Source of the DNA: Leptogorgia sarmentosa
Lineage: Eukaryota
Direction: 5' to 3'
Length of the DNA: 64,000 nt
Assembly (NCBI GenBank): GCA_964658305.1
Contig: OZ210885.1
Location: forward strand, 682,001 to 746,000
The notes beneath the pieces are model-generated. The model was not told where the DNA came from and made no database searches. It saw only the letters and a program-made list of their open reading frames with translations. Both the position numbers and the translations under genes were made by a program. Shown in pieces: positions 1-12,400 of this stretch (position 1 is the stretch's first letter; each line of letters opens with the position of its first letter).

Positions 1-1635
1 GCCTGCCCATCATCCTATATGACAACACAGTGTGGAAAACGCAAAGATCAAACTGTGTTGTTGTATATTAATGACACATTTTACATTGTGGCTTCATTGT
101 GAATATTAAACTACTGTCTGTAAACAAACCGTTCGGCAATATTGTGGGTTTTAAAATCATTGTTATACGTATTTCAAGAATTATATGTGTCACGGATGAT
201 GAGTTTTCATGCTCACGGCTGTGTAGCGTACAAACGTATATACGGATATGACAGCATATAGTAATATTTTATCAGTGCTTAAATTAGCCGGTGGATTCAA
301 ATATATTTATGTATTGACCAGAGTAAAATTTTGCCAACGATTCGGGTTTTCCCTGAGGACATCTTGTCATTTAATATCCTAACAAGACAAATTGAGCTGG
401 AAAATATAAATTTGTGTCATGAGATAATATTGCTTCTCCGAAAGATATATGCTTGTTAGGGTTGTTGCCAAATGATTTGTTGCCAAATTTAAGAGTGCTA
501 GCTAGCTATTATACCGCCAACATATTTACTGAGTCATGTCACATTCGTCATATTTTACCCTAACGCGGCTACTTTGATTCTTTCACACATATCTCGCCTT
601 AAAACAACATTTTGTTTATGGCATGGGTGAGTATAATAGGTTGATTTAAAAACTTTCACGCGATTTTACACCGTGTGTGGGCCAAGAAATAAAATGACAG
701 TTGAATTGCCATTAAAGCGCAGGAGGTTTCTGTCGTGACGTTAATTGATGTGTTGGGTTATCATGTGACTTGGCATAGTCCCTCGTGATCACATGCATAT
801 AAAGTTTGCCATAATGATTATGATTAATAGAATGATTATTGCCAGTGCTGTAATATGATTGCCTGCTCTACTCTCTATCTATTTCTCGATAAAGTGATTT
901 TTTTATAAAGAAAATTCTCCTCTCCTGGCTGGTCTTTCTGAATTATTTTGCGCAATATTGCATTTTGTGATCACTACTAAAACAATGAGATTACTCGCTC
1001 TCGATATTCGATTTCTATTTGGCGAGGGCGAAACCCGCGAATATCTATATCATTAATAATTATCGATATCATACAAATATAATATCATTACATTATAATT
1101 ATCACGTGGGACCATATCATAATTAGATCGCGACGGACTATGTCGTAAATATTGCAAAGGACTGCCTTCTGATATCACGAATGACTAAATCACATTTTCC
1201 CGCTCTTATTAGTAGCGCAATGCTATGTTTGGAAAAAAGTTTATAATTTATGCATGGAGGCCGGAAATTGCATGGTGTGAAATATGCATGGCAACTTTAG
1301 GCATCTGTTCCTTAGTGATAAATGCATTTATAGAAATTGTACAGTGACTTTGTATACTTGGTATTCGTGGCATTTTTCGGCATGGGCACAATAAAACAAT
1401 TAGCTATATTGCAATTATAAAACACTACATAAAACGGGTGCATTTTGGCATCTGGGTTTTTTGGCTTCCATTTACGTGGGTGGAAAAGCAAATCTCACTT
1501 TAACAAAAACAGAACATTTTTCCGATATCTGTTCACTCATAAACACACAGTATGTCGTCATAATGCAGTAAGAAGAACAAAATCAAATGGTTTTGGAAAT
1601 TTTGGGGGAAATTTTGAAGCGCACAAAGTAACTAT

Positions 1636-1900
1636 GTGATCTCAACTTCACGGAAAAAGACTGGGACTAGCTGTCAGATACAAAATCCGTTTTTCGATTG
1701 AAACTACTGAATATCTCCCATAATAATTATACTTTATTTTGATTCCATATTTTTGTCAGAGCTATAGTTCTCATAACTAAACATAATTACAAAATTTCAA
1801 CTAGTTTCATATAGAATAACGAAAGATATAATTGAGTGAATATAGCAAATTAAATGGATTTCTTTCCAGACAACGTTTTCTGAGCGCCGATTGGCCAAAA
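1636..1900. mobile_element. Truncated copy of the 42692-42971 MITE family
   Basis: Direct alignment over ~260 bp (GACTGGGACTAGCTGTCA...TTTTTGTCAGAGCTATAGTTCTCATAAC...). Confidence 0.65.
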
Positions 1901-3381
1901 TTGGCTGATTAGTTTGTAGCTACTTCTAAATTAGTAAAATACCGCGTACATATATTAGCCCTTGGAATATTCAACATCAGTGCGTGAGGGATGTCATAAA
2001 ATCATCTATTTACCATCAACCCATTTGCAGGCATTACCAAACTATAACTGATACACATTATAGTTACGCTTATCTATGTTACTACGTAATTAGAATTTGT
2101 TCAGTGAAGAAAGGCCCACGGATGCCAAAATGCACTAACCGTATAAATTTGTATAAACACAGTTGTTTTAGAATAAAAGTATTTATTATGCCAGTGCCGA
2201 GAAATGCCATGAATGCGAAAAATGATACTTTTTGTACAATCTTTGTAAATGTATTCATTGCTAATGAAAGTTGCCAAGCCAAAAGTTGCCGTGCAATTTC
2301 CACAGCATGCCATTTCCGGAGCGAAAAAGGACCATTTTGTAAAAATGCCAAATACCGCAAGTTTTGTAAAAATACAAAGATTCCTTTGGGAACTTCAAAT
2401 ATTCACTCAAGACAATTTCTAAATTTTGAATTCTCGACGTTATGCGGAATGCACGTCATGCGATTGTTTCTCATTGCGTGTTTATTGTATTTTCGTATTA
2501 AATAGCCAATAGGATTTAAGTTTGCAAATTGAAACCATATAAACTAACCCTAAAGATTCTAAATCTTATGTATTCTAAATTATCAACTATATAAGTCAAA
2601 ACTAATACATTTGTATTGCAAGCTTTGGTAAGTCTCTATTGTAGCTCATATATGCGCTCATGCTGATTATTACCGCATTATGACGCAATGTGTCGAGAAC
2701 TGAACAAGCAATGCCAAAATGTTGTCTGGTTGTTGAAAGAGAAATGTGTTTCTCCAGCCAACGTAATTAGAATTGGTTATTTGCAATGGCGTAAATTTGG
2801 GATTTCAGTTGACTACCTATGAAGAAAATCGATCCATTAGAAACATTTTAAGATCTACAGACATTCTATAAGTCTTGATAGATGTGTTACCGTTCAGTTT
2901 ATCTCGCTACAAGTCTACAACCACTCAGATACTGAGAAATATCGTGTACAAGTTGTTCAATTGCCCGTCATTTGGGCGGAAAGTCACGTGATTGCAAACA
3001 AGCAATTTCTATTATGCATTCAATACTAATGAAGAGATGTATGCAAAGTATTTGGTCAAAAGTTGCCAGGCAATTTTCGCAGCATGCAATTTCCGGAATC
3101 TATCTTGTCGCTTTGCTTGCAGTGCAAGTTGTGGAAGTTGTCAACATGCCTAATGTTGCTTACGCGAATGGCCGCGAGTTGCCGTCAGCTCCACCTATAG
3201 CACCTTTCGTTATTGTCCAAGAGTTACGATATATTTTGATGGGAAGAACGGAATCTGGTGATATATTTTGTTCTTCCCATATCAAGATTTTGTCTATTAT
3301 GCAAAATAATTTTCCATTACGAACTCTCGTTCACATCCATCAAAATGCATTGTAAATAATGGACCTTCATTGTAACTTTTC

Positions 3382-3472
3382 GAAGAAGAAGCAGGAGTCA
3401 TGAAAAAGGTTCTAAATTAGAGTCTAAATTAGTCTAATTTAGAACCTTTCTGATGACTCATGCTTCTGCTTC
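3382..3472. repeat. Palindromic element with TCTAAATTAGA sub-repeats
   Basis: GAAGCAGGAGTCATGAAAAAGGTTCTAAATTAGA / TCTAATTTAGAACCTTTCTGATGACTCATGCTTC. Confidence 0.6.
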
Positions 3473-4891
3473 AATGAATGTGATGCAAACAGTAAAGTAA
3501 ACACAAGATAAAATTATGTTATTTTTAGAGTCCAATTTAGTCTAATTTAGAGTCTAATTTACGATAAACTTGATTGTAAAGCAGTATCAGGACTAGAGTG
3601 TTGTTTTGTCCGAACCTTGTTTTGTTAAGATGTTTTAAACAAATATAAATTGTTGGATCAGTCCATTGACGATTTGGATTAATTATTGCGATTTCTGTAG
3701 GATTCTTAGATCTCCATCAGATGTATTAATAATGCGGATTTTAGTTTGTTATCCTTTATAGTTTTGGATTTATCGCCATATTCCAAACAATTTTAATCCT
3801 CCGTAATAATTTGTCCTATGCGGGAAATTTGGCGCTTTTCCTGTTAAAATAGTCTAAGATCTATAAAATAAGAATACCATACATTAATCGCATACCAGTA
3901 TTATATGCTGAAACTGTTAATTGCCTTTATTCGAATCAATTTTAACCGAACCGCAGAGAATTCTTCCAGATTAATTATGTACACCTTGGTATAGCCTGGC
4001 ATTTATGACAGGAATGCATTTCATTTTTATTCAGCAGCTACATGCCTGTAGATTTTCATTTTGCTGCATGGAGGTTTGAAAGTCAGTTGGAGATGTAGGC
4101 CTTGATTAAAAAATAAAATTTAAGTATAAACTTAACAAAGTGAGTCTAAATCAGACCGGTCAGCGGGTTGCTTCAGGAAGCTTGAAAATATCGGTAGCTA
4201 TCCGCTAGATAACGCTCTTCAACCTTCGAACAAGCGAGGACTGCATGAAATACAACTGTGATCACGGAAGATAGTTGTGTAATGCAGGATTTCAACATTT
4301 CTAAGTAGCTTGTTGTTTTCGTTTGATTTTCCTTCTGTTTATGTCAAACTTCATGACTGTGTTACTTAAGCTGTATTATTACCTCTATCTGTATAGCCTC
4401 AGAAAAATTTTTATTATGACTTCCCTAGCTACTATTTATATCCCAGCCCACTCAGTAAATTTTCCTTGTGGGAGGAAAACGCCGAGAATCCTGAGAAAAC
4501 CCACTTTCCGAAAGTCCATAGAGAAGACTGAACTTTTAGACTGAGGTAAATGCGCTTGTTCTGACGACTGCACCGAAGAAATCATCTCTTCATCTACGCA
4601 GATAAAACACCTGTATATTGTATAACAGACGATTAACAAGAATATTTGCTATACAAATAGTCCACAATAGCGGCAGACAGAGTGGCCAGTGTCGTACAAT
4701 AGCCAGGAAATTGTTGTTTAATGGTGCGAAGGATGCGGAAAGATATAATTATTGCTAGTTTTAAACCACTATAATACATCACGAATGTGATGTTATGGAA
4801 ACGCGCAAACAGTAAAGTAAATACAAGATAATGTTATTTTTAGTTCTGTTCGTAATAAACGTTTAATTAGAACATTATACTCCTAGATTTA

Positions 4892-5008
4892 GGACCAGTT
4901 CAAACGTCGAATTTTTCATGTGCCGAATCTAATGTTAAAAAAGTTCTTTGTTTGAGTTAATTTGCAATTAGGTTCGGCAGATGAAAAGTTAGACGTCTGA
5001 ACTAGGTC
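4892..5008. mobile_element. PIF/Harbinger-like MITE
   Basis: Imperfect ~40-bp inverted arms (GGACCAGTTCAAACGTC... / ...GACGTCTGAACTAGGTC) flanked by TTA on both sides. Confidence 0.65.
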
Positions 5009-6829
5009 TTAGTTCTGTAAAATAGATGTCGTCTTTTCATTAAGTAATGAACGAAGAAGCCTTTTGAAGCACGACTGAAATTTTGCACTATAACTATACC
5101 GCTGCTTTAAGATCCAATCTTCAATGCAAAGACAAGATTGTTATATGCATACATTTACAACAATTATGAAGTCTAGATCTTGCTGTCTTGGAGTGCATAT
5201 AATCTCTACTCTATTCCATTTCCGTTATACTCAATTGCTATTTCATATATCGACATCGTGAATAGCTAACTTTATAGAGCTACTTCTATTATCGTGGTTT
5301 AATAATTATAAATGAAGTTGCCCATAGCCATGACGTTAGTTGTTTTGATGTTACGAATTAATTGTTAATTAATATTTCCATACATTTTTTTAACTTTACT
5401 GACCTTATGGCAATTTACTCGTTCACTTCAAGTCTATCTTTTTTAAGGATTTCCTCTTCATTCAGTTTTGAAGAAATGTGTTTTATTCCACGATTAATAA
5501 AGCAGCAACTAAATTGTCACAATTGTCTGGAACATCATAAGTATCTACATATAAATGTCTTAAAGAAACCCCCGCGTAATTAAAGATGTAAAGTAAGGTA
5601 GACTGATTCACCCAACACAGTATAAGACCATTATTTACCTAATTAAACGACAGATTTGACGTTTCGAAAGCCCCTCATCTAGAATTGGGGAAATGATTCC
5701 CAGTTTCTGATTCGAGCTTTTTTTCTTATTGCTATACGCGTCTTATTGTTCCCACTCATTTTGAGAATTGAAGCGATTTCAATATGTGACTATAGTGTTG
5801 GTAGCGTATATATAATAGTTACATAACATCAAGATGCAGTAAACGTTTCACCCACCATACCAACTAAAAATTCCACACTTTGAGCAAGCAATTCTCTAAA
5901 GCCTAATTTTCTATAAGGACGTTATATTATTTATATTATTGTTTCTAAACGAACTCCGACCGCACTGACCAACCAACCAACCAAAATATTTATCGCATGC
6001 AACCAACTAAAAATTATAGATTTTATCGCTGTACTAGTGCTTCGTTGCCCATCAAGGTCAATAGTTCTATGAGATCGTTGAAGTTTTTCAAATAGTTGAA
6101 TGTTTAGGCGGCATGAGAGCCAATATCAGCAGGTTTAATTGCTTAATAGAAGGGCAACGTTAGTCATGCATTTATCACCAACAATCAGTCCCAATGAATG
6201 ACCTTCGAAACGTGTAGAAGTATTTTTAAAATCACTGGAATACTTCCCTCCCACAAAATGTTTAATGATATCTATCGACAACTTTCATGTATGTTTGTGT
6301 TTTTTAAAATTTTTTTTGGTTTAAGTTGCATGTGACGAATGAGAGATTTGATGAGAGTTGATCTCTAGCGCTTACACGCCAATTCTTGAGCACTATATCT
6401 TCTAGAACGAAGTTGAGAAGATGTTTGAAGTTATACTGAAATGTACATTGTATTAGAATATTGTATAATTATTTAGTATTCTCATGCATTGATTGTCCTG
6501 CTAATGAAATTTTGTGGCGAACTATGTCTTTGCAGTGAAATAAGGAAGACATTTTCATCATCGTGGTAATTCGTAATTTTTGAAATGGGAAACACGTTGT
6601 CATAATCATGAAGAAATTTCGTGCGTGGGTTTGTATGTCTGTATTTTCTCGAACCATCACTCCACAGGAAGCAAGATCACTTAAAACCACGGCCAGCCGA
6701 CAATGAAGTATAGAAAGAATTAAACAAATTCCGAAAAATAAAGCCATCTTTGTAATTCAAAACATGAACAAATTAAGACAAACAATTGAAACTGTAATGT
6801 TTTTTGGCTTTATTTTAAAGTCATTTGTA

Positions 6830-9418
6830 GCTAAATTCTCTTTTACGGTGTCGCTTTTCTTTGTGTAACTCGCCTACATTAAAAACTATTGATACCGGCA
6901 TGGCATGGTGTTTCTGTCTGTTAATGTGGCAGCGACGCAAATTTCGAAACTACGACAGTTGGTCAATTGATACCCAAGCGGTAGTTCTGACTTTAAACAT
7001 GATAAAATTGAAAGAAAATCTTATGTACGGGTATGTTTCAAGATAAATCGTTCAAAATTCTTTGGCAAAATTATAGAGAAATAAATTGACGAAAAAACAG
7101 CGCACTATTAAAGGGAAAAGAAGCCAGACACAATTACACAGGGCTCCGCATGCTCACCGCACCAACCAGGTCTTCATTTAAAACTTTATAATGCTTATTC
7201 CTAATGTTAATGTTTATGTGATAATTGAATGACTATTAAATGAGGTGCTCGACTGTTGGCAGATTGGACATCAGCGGCAGCGACCTACATGCAGAGACGT
7301 CATGGCAACATCTGTTATCAAATTTTCGTGAATGGCAGTTTGTTATAATTGTAGATCAAGAATTTAGATAATAGCCCTGTGAAGGCAGATTAGCATTAAC
7401 TAAATAGTAAATATAACTGCATGTTTACATGAAGAATCTAGATACAAGGCGGCCTATTAAGGGCATTTAGCGTAAACTAAATATATCTTTGTAAAATGGA
7501 TAATTCTCGTCGCATGACAATTTTGGTATAATTGTACATGAGGAATTCGATGGTCTATTCGAGCAGACTATAACATTAACTAAGTATATTTGTGTAAAAT
7601 GACATTTTACGGCACCCGGCACGAGTGTGTTAATGGCATTAAATATTTCAAGGCCAGGTGCGTGGACTATAAGCGATTCCGAACAGTTTAGGCGACTAAA
7701 TAACGCTTTTGTGTATGCTTTTTTGGTCTGTTGCGTATTTTCCATGAACTAAATGCTGCCATTATGGATGTACATGCATTGACGTTTTTCACCAACATCG
7801 TCTTGTCGAACGTTTTGAAGATATTTATATCAGATATTTTTTTCTTTACAAAGCCCTAGTGTTGTTGTCACTATGGACATGTCTATATACGTCAGCGTCG
7901 CTTTTTTTTCCTGGGAAAAATGCATTGAAATGTTCGCGTGATTTCGAAAATGTTGAGAGTTGTAATTTTCTTTGTGGGATGCCAGCGTGGTATGGTATGC
8001 GCTCGAACCCCCGCATGCAGCGACACATTACAAAGTTTCCGACGAATGAGATTGTTTCGAGAAAGATGTTTTCGCTTTTCGAATTTCATGAAAATCGAAT
8101 ATTTGTTTTGGGAAATTTATAAAGTGACATCTCGGTGCAAATAATTATGCATAGCTACTGATAAAAGTGATCAATTTTTCCACTTGAAAAGACGCGCTCA
8201 CTTTATTTTCAATGCCCTCCACTCAAATTTTGCTTTAGGCCCTAACTGCATGTGAAGCAAATTATTGTTACGGTGGTAGCTATATCGAAATGCGAGTGTG
8301 ATCGTATTGTAGAGATCAAAGTGATTGTAAGCAAAAAAGGTGACAGAAACAGCATACTCATACGACAGGAAGTCATTTTTTCCGCCCTATGAATTCTTGT
8401 GTATACAACTGCAACATAAATTTAGCTATCGACCGCATCGTTTTCATTTATACTGTTTATAACTCTCCTGCCTTTCCGTTCAATTTTCCTGTCAGATTTT
8501 CTTCATAGTTCAGGAAAGCCTTGTGATTAAGTCGAAAGGGAATGTTTTCTTGCACAAAGGGCGATCGGGATATAATCTTTATGTAGCTACATCCTTTATA
8601 CCCGATTGAGGTGAGAATTAAATTGCTCAAACGATGGCAATCGCTTATCCAAGATCCTTTGATATTTTTGAACAGACCTCCAAAGGATTTTTTGTTTATT
8701 CATTAATTTAGCTTCCACGATCATACCAGGAAAATATTAAAATGAAGGAAGGAAGCCATTGCAATTAGTGTATATATAGTAGGCGCATAAAATTGGTTTT
8801 TTGGATAATTATATGGAAAACTATGAATATAATCCAACTCAATATAAATACCTTGCTTAGCTCACTCTGACAAGTCGATGAAAAACAAAACGGTTTATGT
8901 TATTGTAAGGTCTCTAACTTTAAAATATCATGCCTTCGGGTTTTATTTAAATGTACTACTATACAGGGAACAAATACTATACAGGGAACTTGTATTCCAT
9001 CTCAAGGTTGACAGGAGAATATAATATAAGGGTCGGTTCATGTTGACCTGCATGTTATTTTAGTGTTTCTTCATTACACAATCTCCAGCCAACCAACCAA
9101 GACGTTTATTTCTGTTTTGTAACATTGACAAGGCAACCAGGGAGTCAAGCTGCTGTAAAAAATGGTTACCATTTCTGTCACTCGCAAGTTTGAAAACAAT
9201 GAGAAATTTTTCATAACAATATGAATAAAGGCACTTTACAGTAATTGTTTCACCCCATTCTTAAATTTCAATACCTTCTAAAGATCTTAAAATTTCAATA
9301 CCTTCTAAAGAAAAGGCAGAATTAGGATAAGTTTGATATATTGTTGGAGTCATATTCCGGCATCATTCGTGCTTAGCGGTGCTTATTCAATGTTATACCG
9401 AAGGTGCGATTATCAAGT
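6830..9418 (+). promoter_or_regulatory. Upstream non-coding module of gene 1 (copy A), probable promoter/enhancer region
   Basis: Colinear blocks shared with 46560-48843 and 51449-53732, e.g. TTATAATTGTAGATCAAGAATTTAGATAATA, CCTTGTGATTAAGTCGAA, and CATTGACAAGGCAACCA..AGTCAAGCTGCT about 295 bp before the ATG in both genes. Confidence 0.55.
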
Positions 9419-9485
9419 ATGGAATATCTACCTCTGTTGCTACCGGTGCTAATTTTTGGCTTTTTTTCCTCGACCTGCGTATTTG
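9419..9485 (+). CDS. Gene 1 exon 1, signal peptide [23 protein letters not shown]
   Basis: ATG, hydrophobic core, ends at G|gtaag (phase 1); positionally equivalent to the gene 2 signal exon at the end of the shared upstream module. Confidence 0.8.
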
Positions 9486-12400
9486 GTAAGAATTTATGAT
9501 ATCAATAAAGAAGAAATAAACCTAGTAGGATAAGTAATCCTTGTTTGCGATTAAATATTTCAGTCTTTTATTAGTAATTTCAGCTTAAATTAGCGACGTA
9601 GCTACTTTTCATTATTCCGTTACAGAGTTTTACTAATTAACAAGATGAAAGAGTGTTGTATGAATATTAGTAATCTTTCATTGAAAAGTCAGCGCAAAGT
9701 TTATTTATCCAAATTGGGTTGTTGATTTGTGTAAAAAAGTTCTAATTTCGAAACAACTGATGTTTTAATGTATTGTTACCCTTTCCCAACACTTGCATTC
9801 TCATTAGTCGTATCATAAAAACAGTCGTACAATCTGCACCACAGTTCTACTATTTTAAGATATTTATGTTGTGTACGCTCTGTGCCATTAGTTTAGCATT
9901 TTTAATAGCTACTACTTTTTAATACCTGAAATAGCTGCATTTTATTTTGACGCACTAAAATTGGTCGTATTGAAATTAGGTTGAACTGATTCCTGTGTTT
10001 ATACTTAGTCTTGAAAATGATGCTTTTTAGAGCCCGGAGCCAGTTGTATCAACAGCGTTAGGCTTACACTATATGGATAAATATAAAAAATATGAAACCT
10101 ATGAACGATAGACCGATACCTAGCATTGTGCTACAGAATGCCTGCGCTATAAGCGCACTGCAACCTGTCCACCAATTGCTTAAAGCTGAATTAGCTCTAA
10201 AACTCTACAGAAGAAAGGCTAAATGAATTAAATGGGTTTTGAACAACCATTATAAAGAACTCGGTCATTTCAAAGTTTAGGGGCGTGCCTTTCCTTCGAA
10301 CTATTCAACGTTCTAGATTATTCTCATAGATAGCATTCTTTGCGGTATTTTTTTTATACTTTATCTATATGCTTTTTTTCATAGGCTTCGATGAAACACC
10401 CGAAGGAAGCGGTGGAGTTTCCAGTAAGAATTCATTTTTATATTTTATTGATGTCTGGTAAAATCAAGTCGATTTTCGGCCAGCACATTATGTGAAATGA
10501 TAATTAATTAAACAGCAAATGTAACATCACAAGGATGTGCATTAATTGTTTGGTAGTATAGCCTTTAGGATAAAATTAATATAATGGCGCGTTTATAAAT
10601 TATTGTGGATCCTATCGAAATAATTTAATAACAAAACACCTAGTATTTTGTTGAAATGCTGAGTAACGATCTTGAGGATTTAACTTCAATGCAATAGCTT
10701 TACATTTCAATTCCATAGTTTGATTGGTTAATTCACTGTGTGCAAATAATACTCTGAGCATGAGCATAATTGATCTGCTCGCGCCCGATATAACTTCGTC
10801 CAATATTTAATAATTATCCAGTGTTATGAATGTGCTAATCTATAGACGTACATGCAATAGTGCGTAGTCATCTAAACAGTATTATGATAGTAATAAAACT
10901 AACAAAGGAAAATTGTCATGGGAAAAACTACTTTGAAATAGCAAATTGAGAAATATTCAAATGGGAAATTGAACTAATAAAAAAAAATTGTGTCACGATT
11001 TTCCTCCTCACTAGAATTCAATGAATAATATCAAACCAAATTGTCTAATGCCAGTTTTTCATTGCCGTTAACATATTATATCCCGCCTTTGTCTTAGTTT
11101 GATCATGGGTTACATAATTTTATTTTAATTATTCTTGATATGCCGAATTAGAGGACCTAATTGCCACACCTATACCTGATATACTTCACAACTATCTTAA
11201 TATTTGAGCAATTGAACGTACCTCATGTCCTCTTTTATCTTTGGCTGAACCTTGATTTATTAACACTGTACTCGTATAATCTTACATTTTCTGTTACAGC
11301 TCGAAACTCGCCATTCCCCGTTCCGTATAGAAATCGTTTTTCGTTTCGATATGCTCGCTGCAATTATCTTCCGCTTCCAAGACTTGGCCTGGTATTTCAA
11401 GGAATAAGATATCGGAGACTCTGGGTGAGTATATGCAATTTGTTCATGTTTCAAACTCCCAGCAATTGTAGAATATAACGAAATAAATGTAAACAAGAGA
11501 AATGATTTATTAATGTGTTTTTGATTTGCTCTTTTTTCTCGTACCTACAAAGGCCTTCCAGTGTTTCGTCCAATGAAAGTATTTTCCCAAAATTTCCGTT
11601 TCCATTTTTATTTATTCATTGTTGATCATTTTTCATTCCAGGTATGTCCAAACGGATTACTAAGGTTTGATGGTTCGTCTTACCAGTGGCTTCCACGAAA
11701 TTTTGGCACATATCTTTTTCAACAGCGTGATTCCTGTCTTGCACCCTACTGGAGTTTGGTTGACATATTTTCATTTTTTTACGGTTCATCGCGAGTGTAT
11801 TACACTATAGTTAACGACCGCAACGACCAACTCTTTTCGTTGGCTTCGGATTACGGTAAAAAGATATTTCGAGTATCTACTTACCAAACATTATGGGTAG
11901 TTGTTATTAGATGGCAAGATGTCCGTCCCAACAATCCTAGAAGCTTTAGCGGGGTAAGTACTGTCATTACACACGTTGTGTTACTTATATATAAACTTAG
12001 CCTATCGTGCTATAATTGTTCTTACAACTCTTGGCGTTTTTCACTTGATTGTGCTACAAATGTGATCACGATTAAATATTAGATCTTTTAATTCACTGGT
12101 ATAACCAATACATGGAGATTGTTCGCTACTAACACGCCTACGCTTGCCACAAAAGACAACAGAATCGACGTTTCGAGCAAAAGGTCCTTCTTTATGAATT
12201 AGGGCCTCAAATATATTAGTAGTATTACCGGGTACGTATAGCGTTAATTTATTCAGGCAGAGGTGAGCGTTAATTTATACAAAGATTAAGAGTTAGCGTT
12301 AATTTATGGAAAAAGATAGCAGGCGTGCACAATAGGGTTATGAAGAGCGGCGGGAAGTAATTAGCTTGCAGGAGGATAGCGAGGAATTAGTATGCAGACA

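Noticed and set aside
1445..8144. Short ORFs of 60-170 aa in the first 8 kb
   Set aside because: No recognisable domains or consistent splice pattern; they overlap repeats or the non-coding module.
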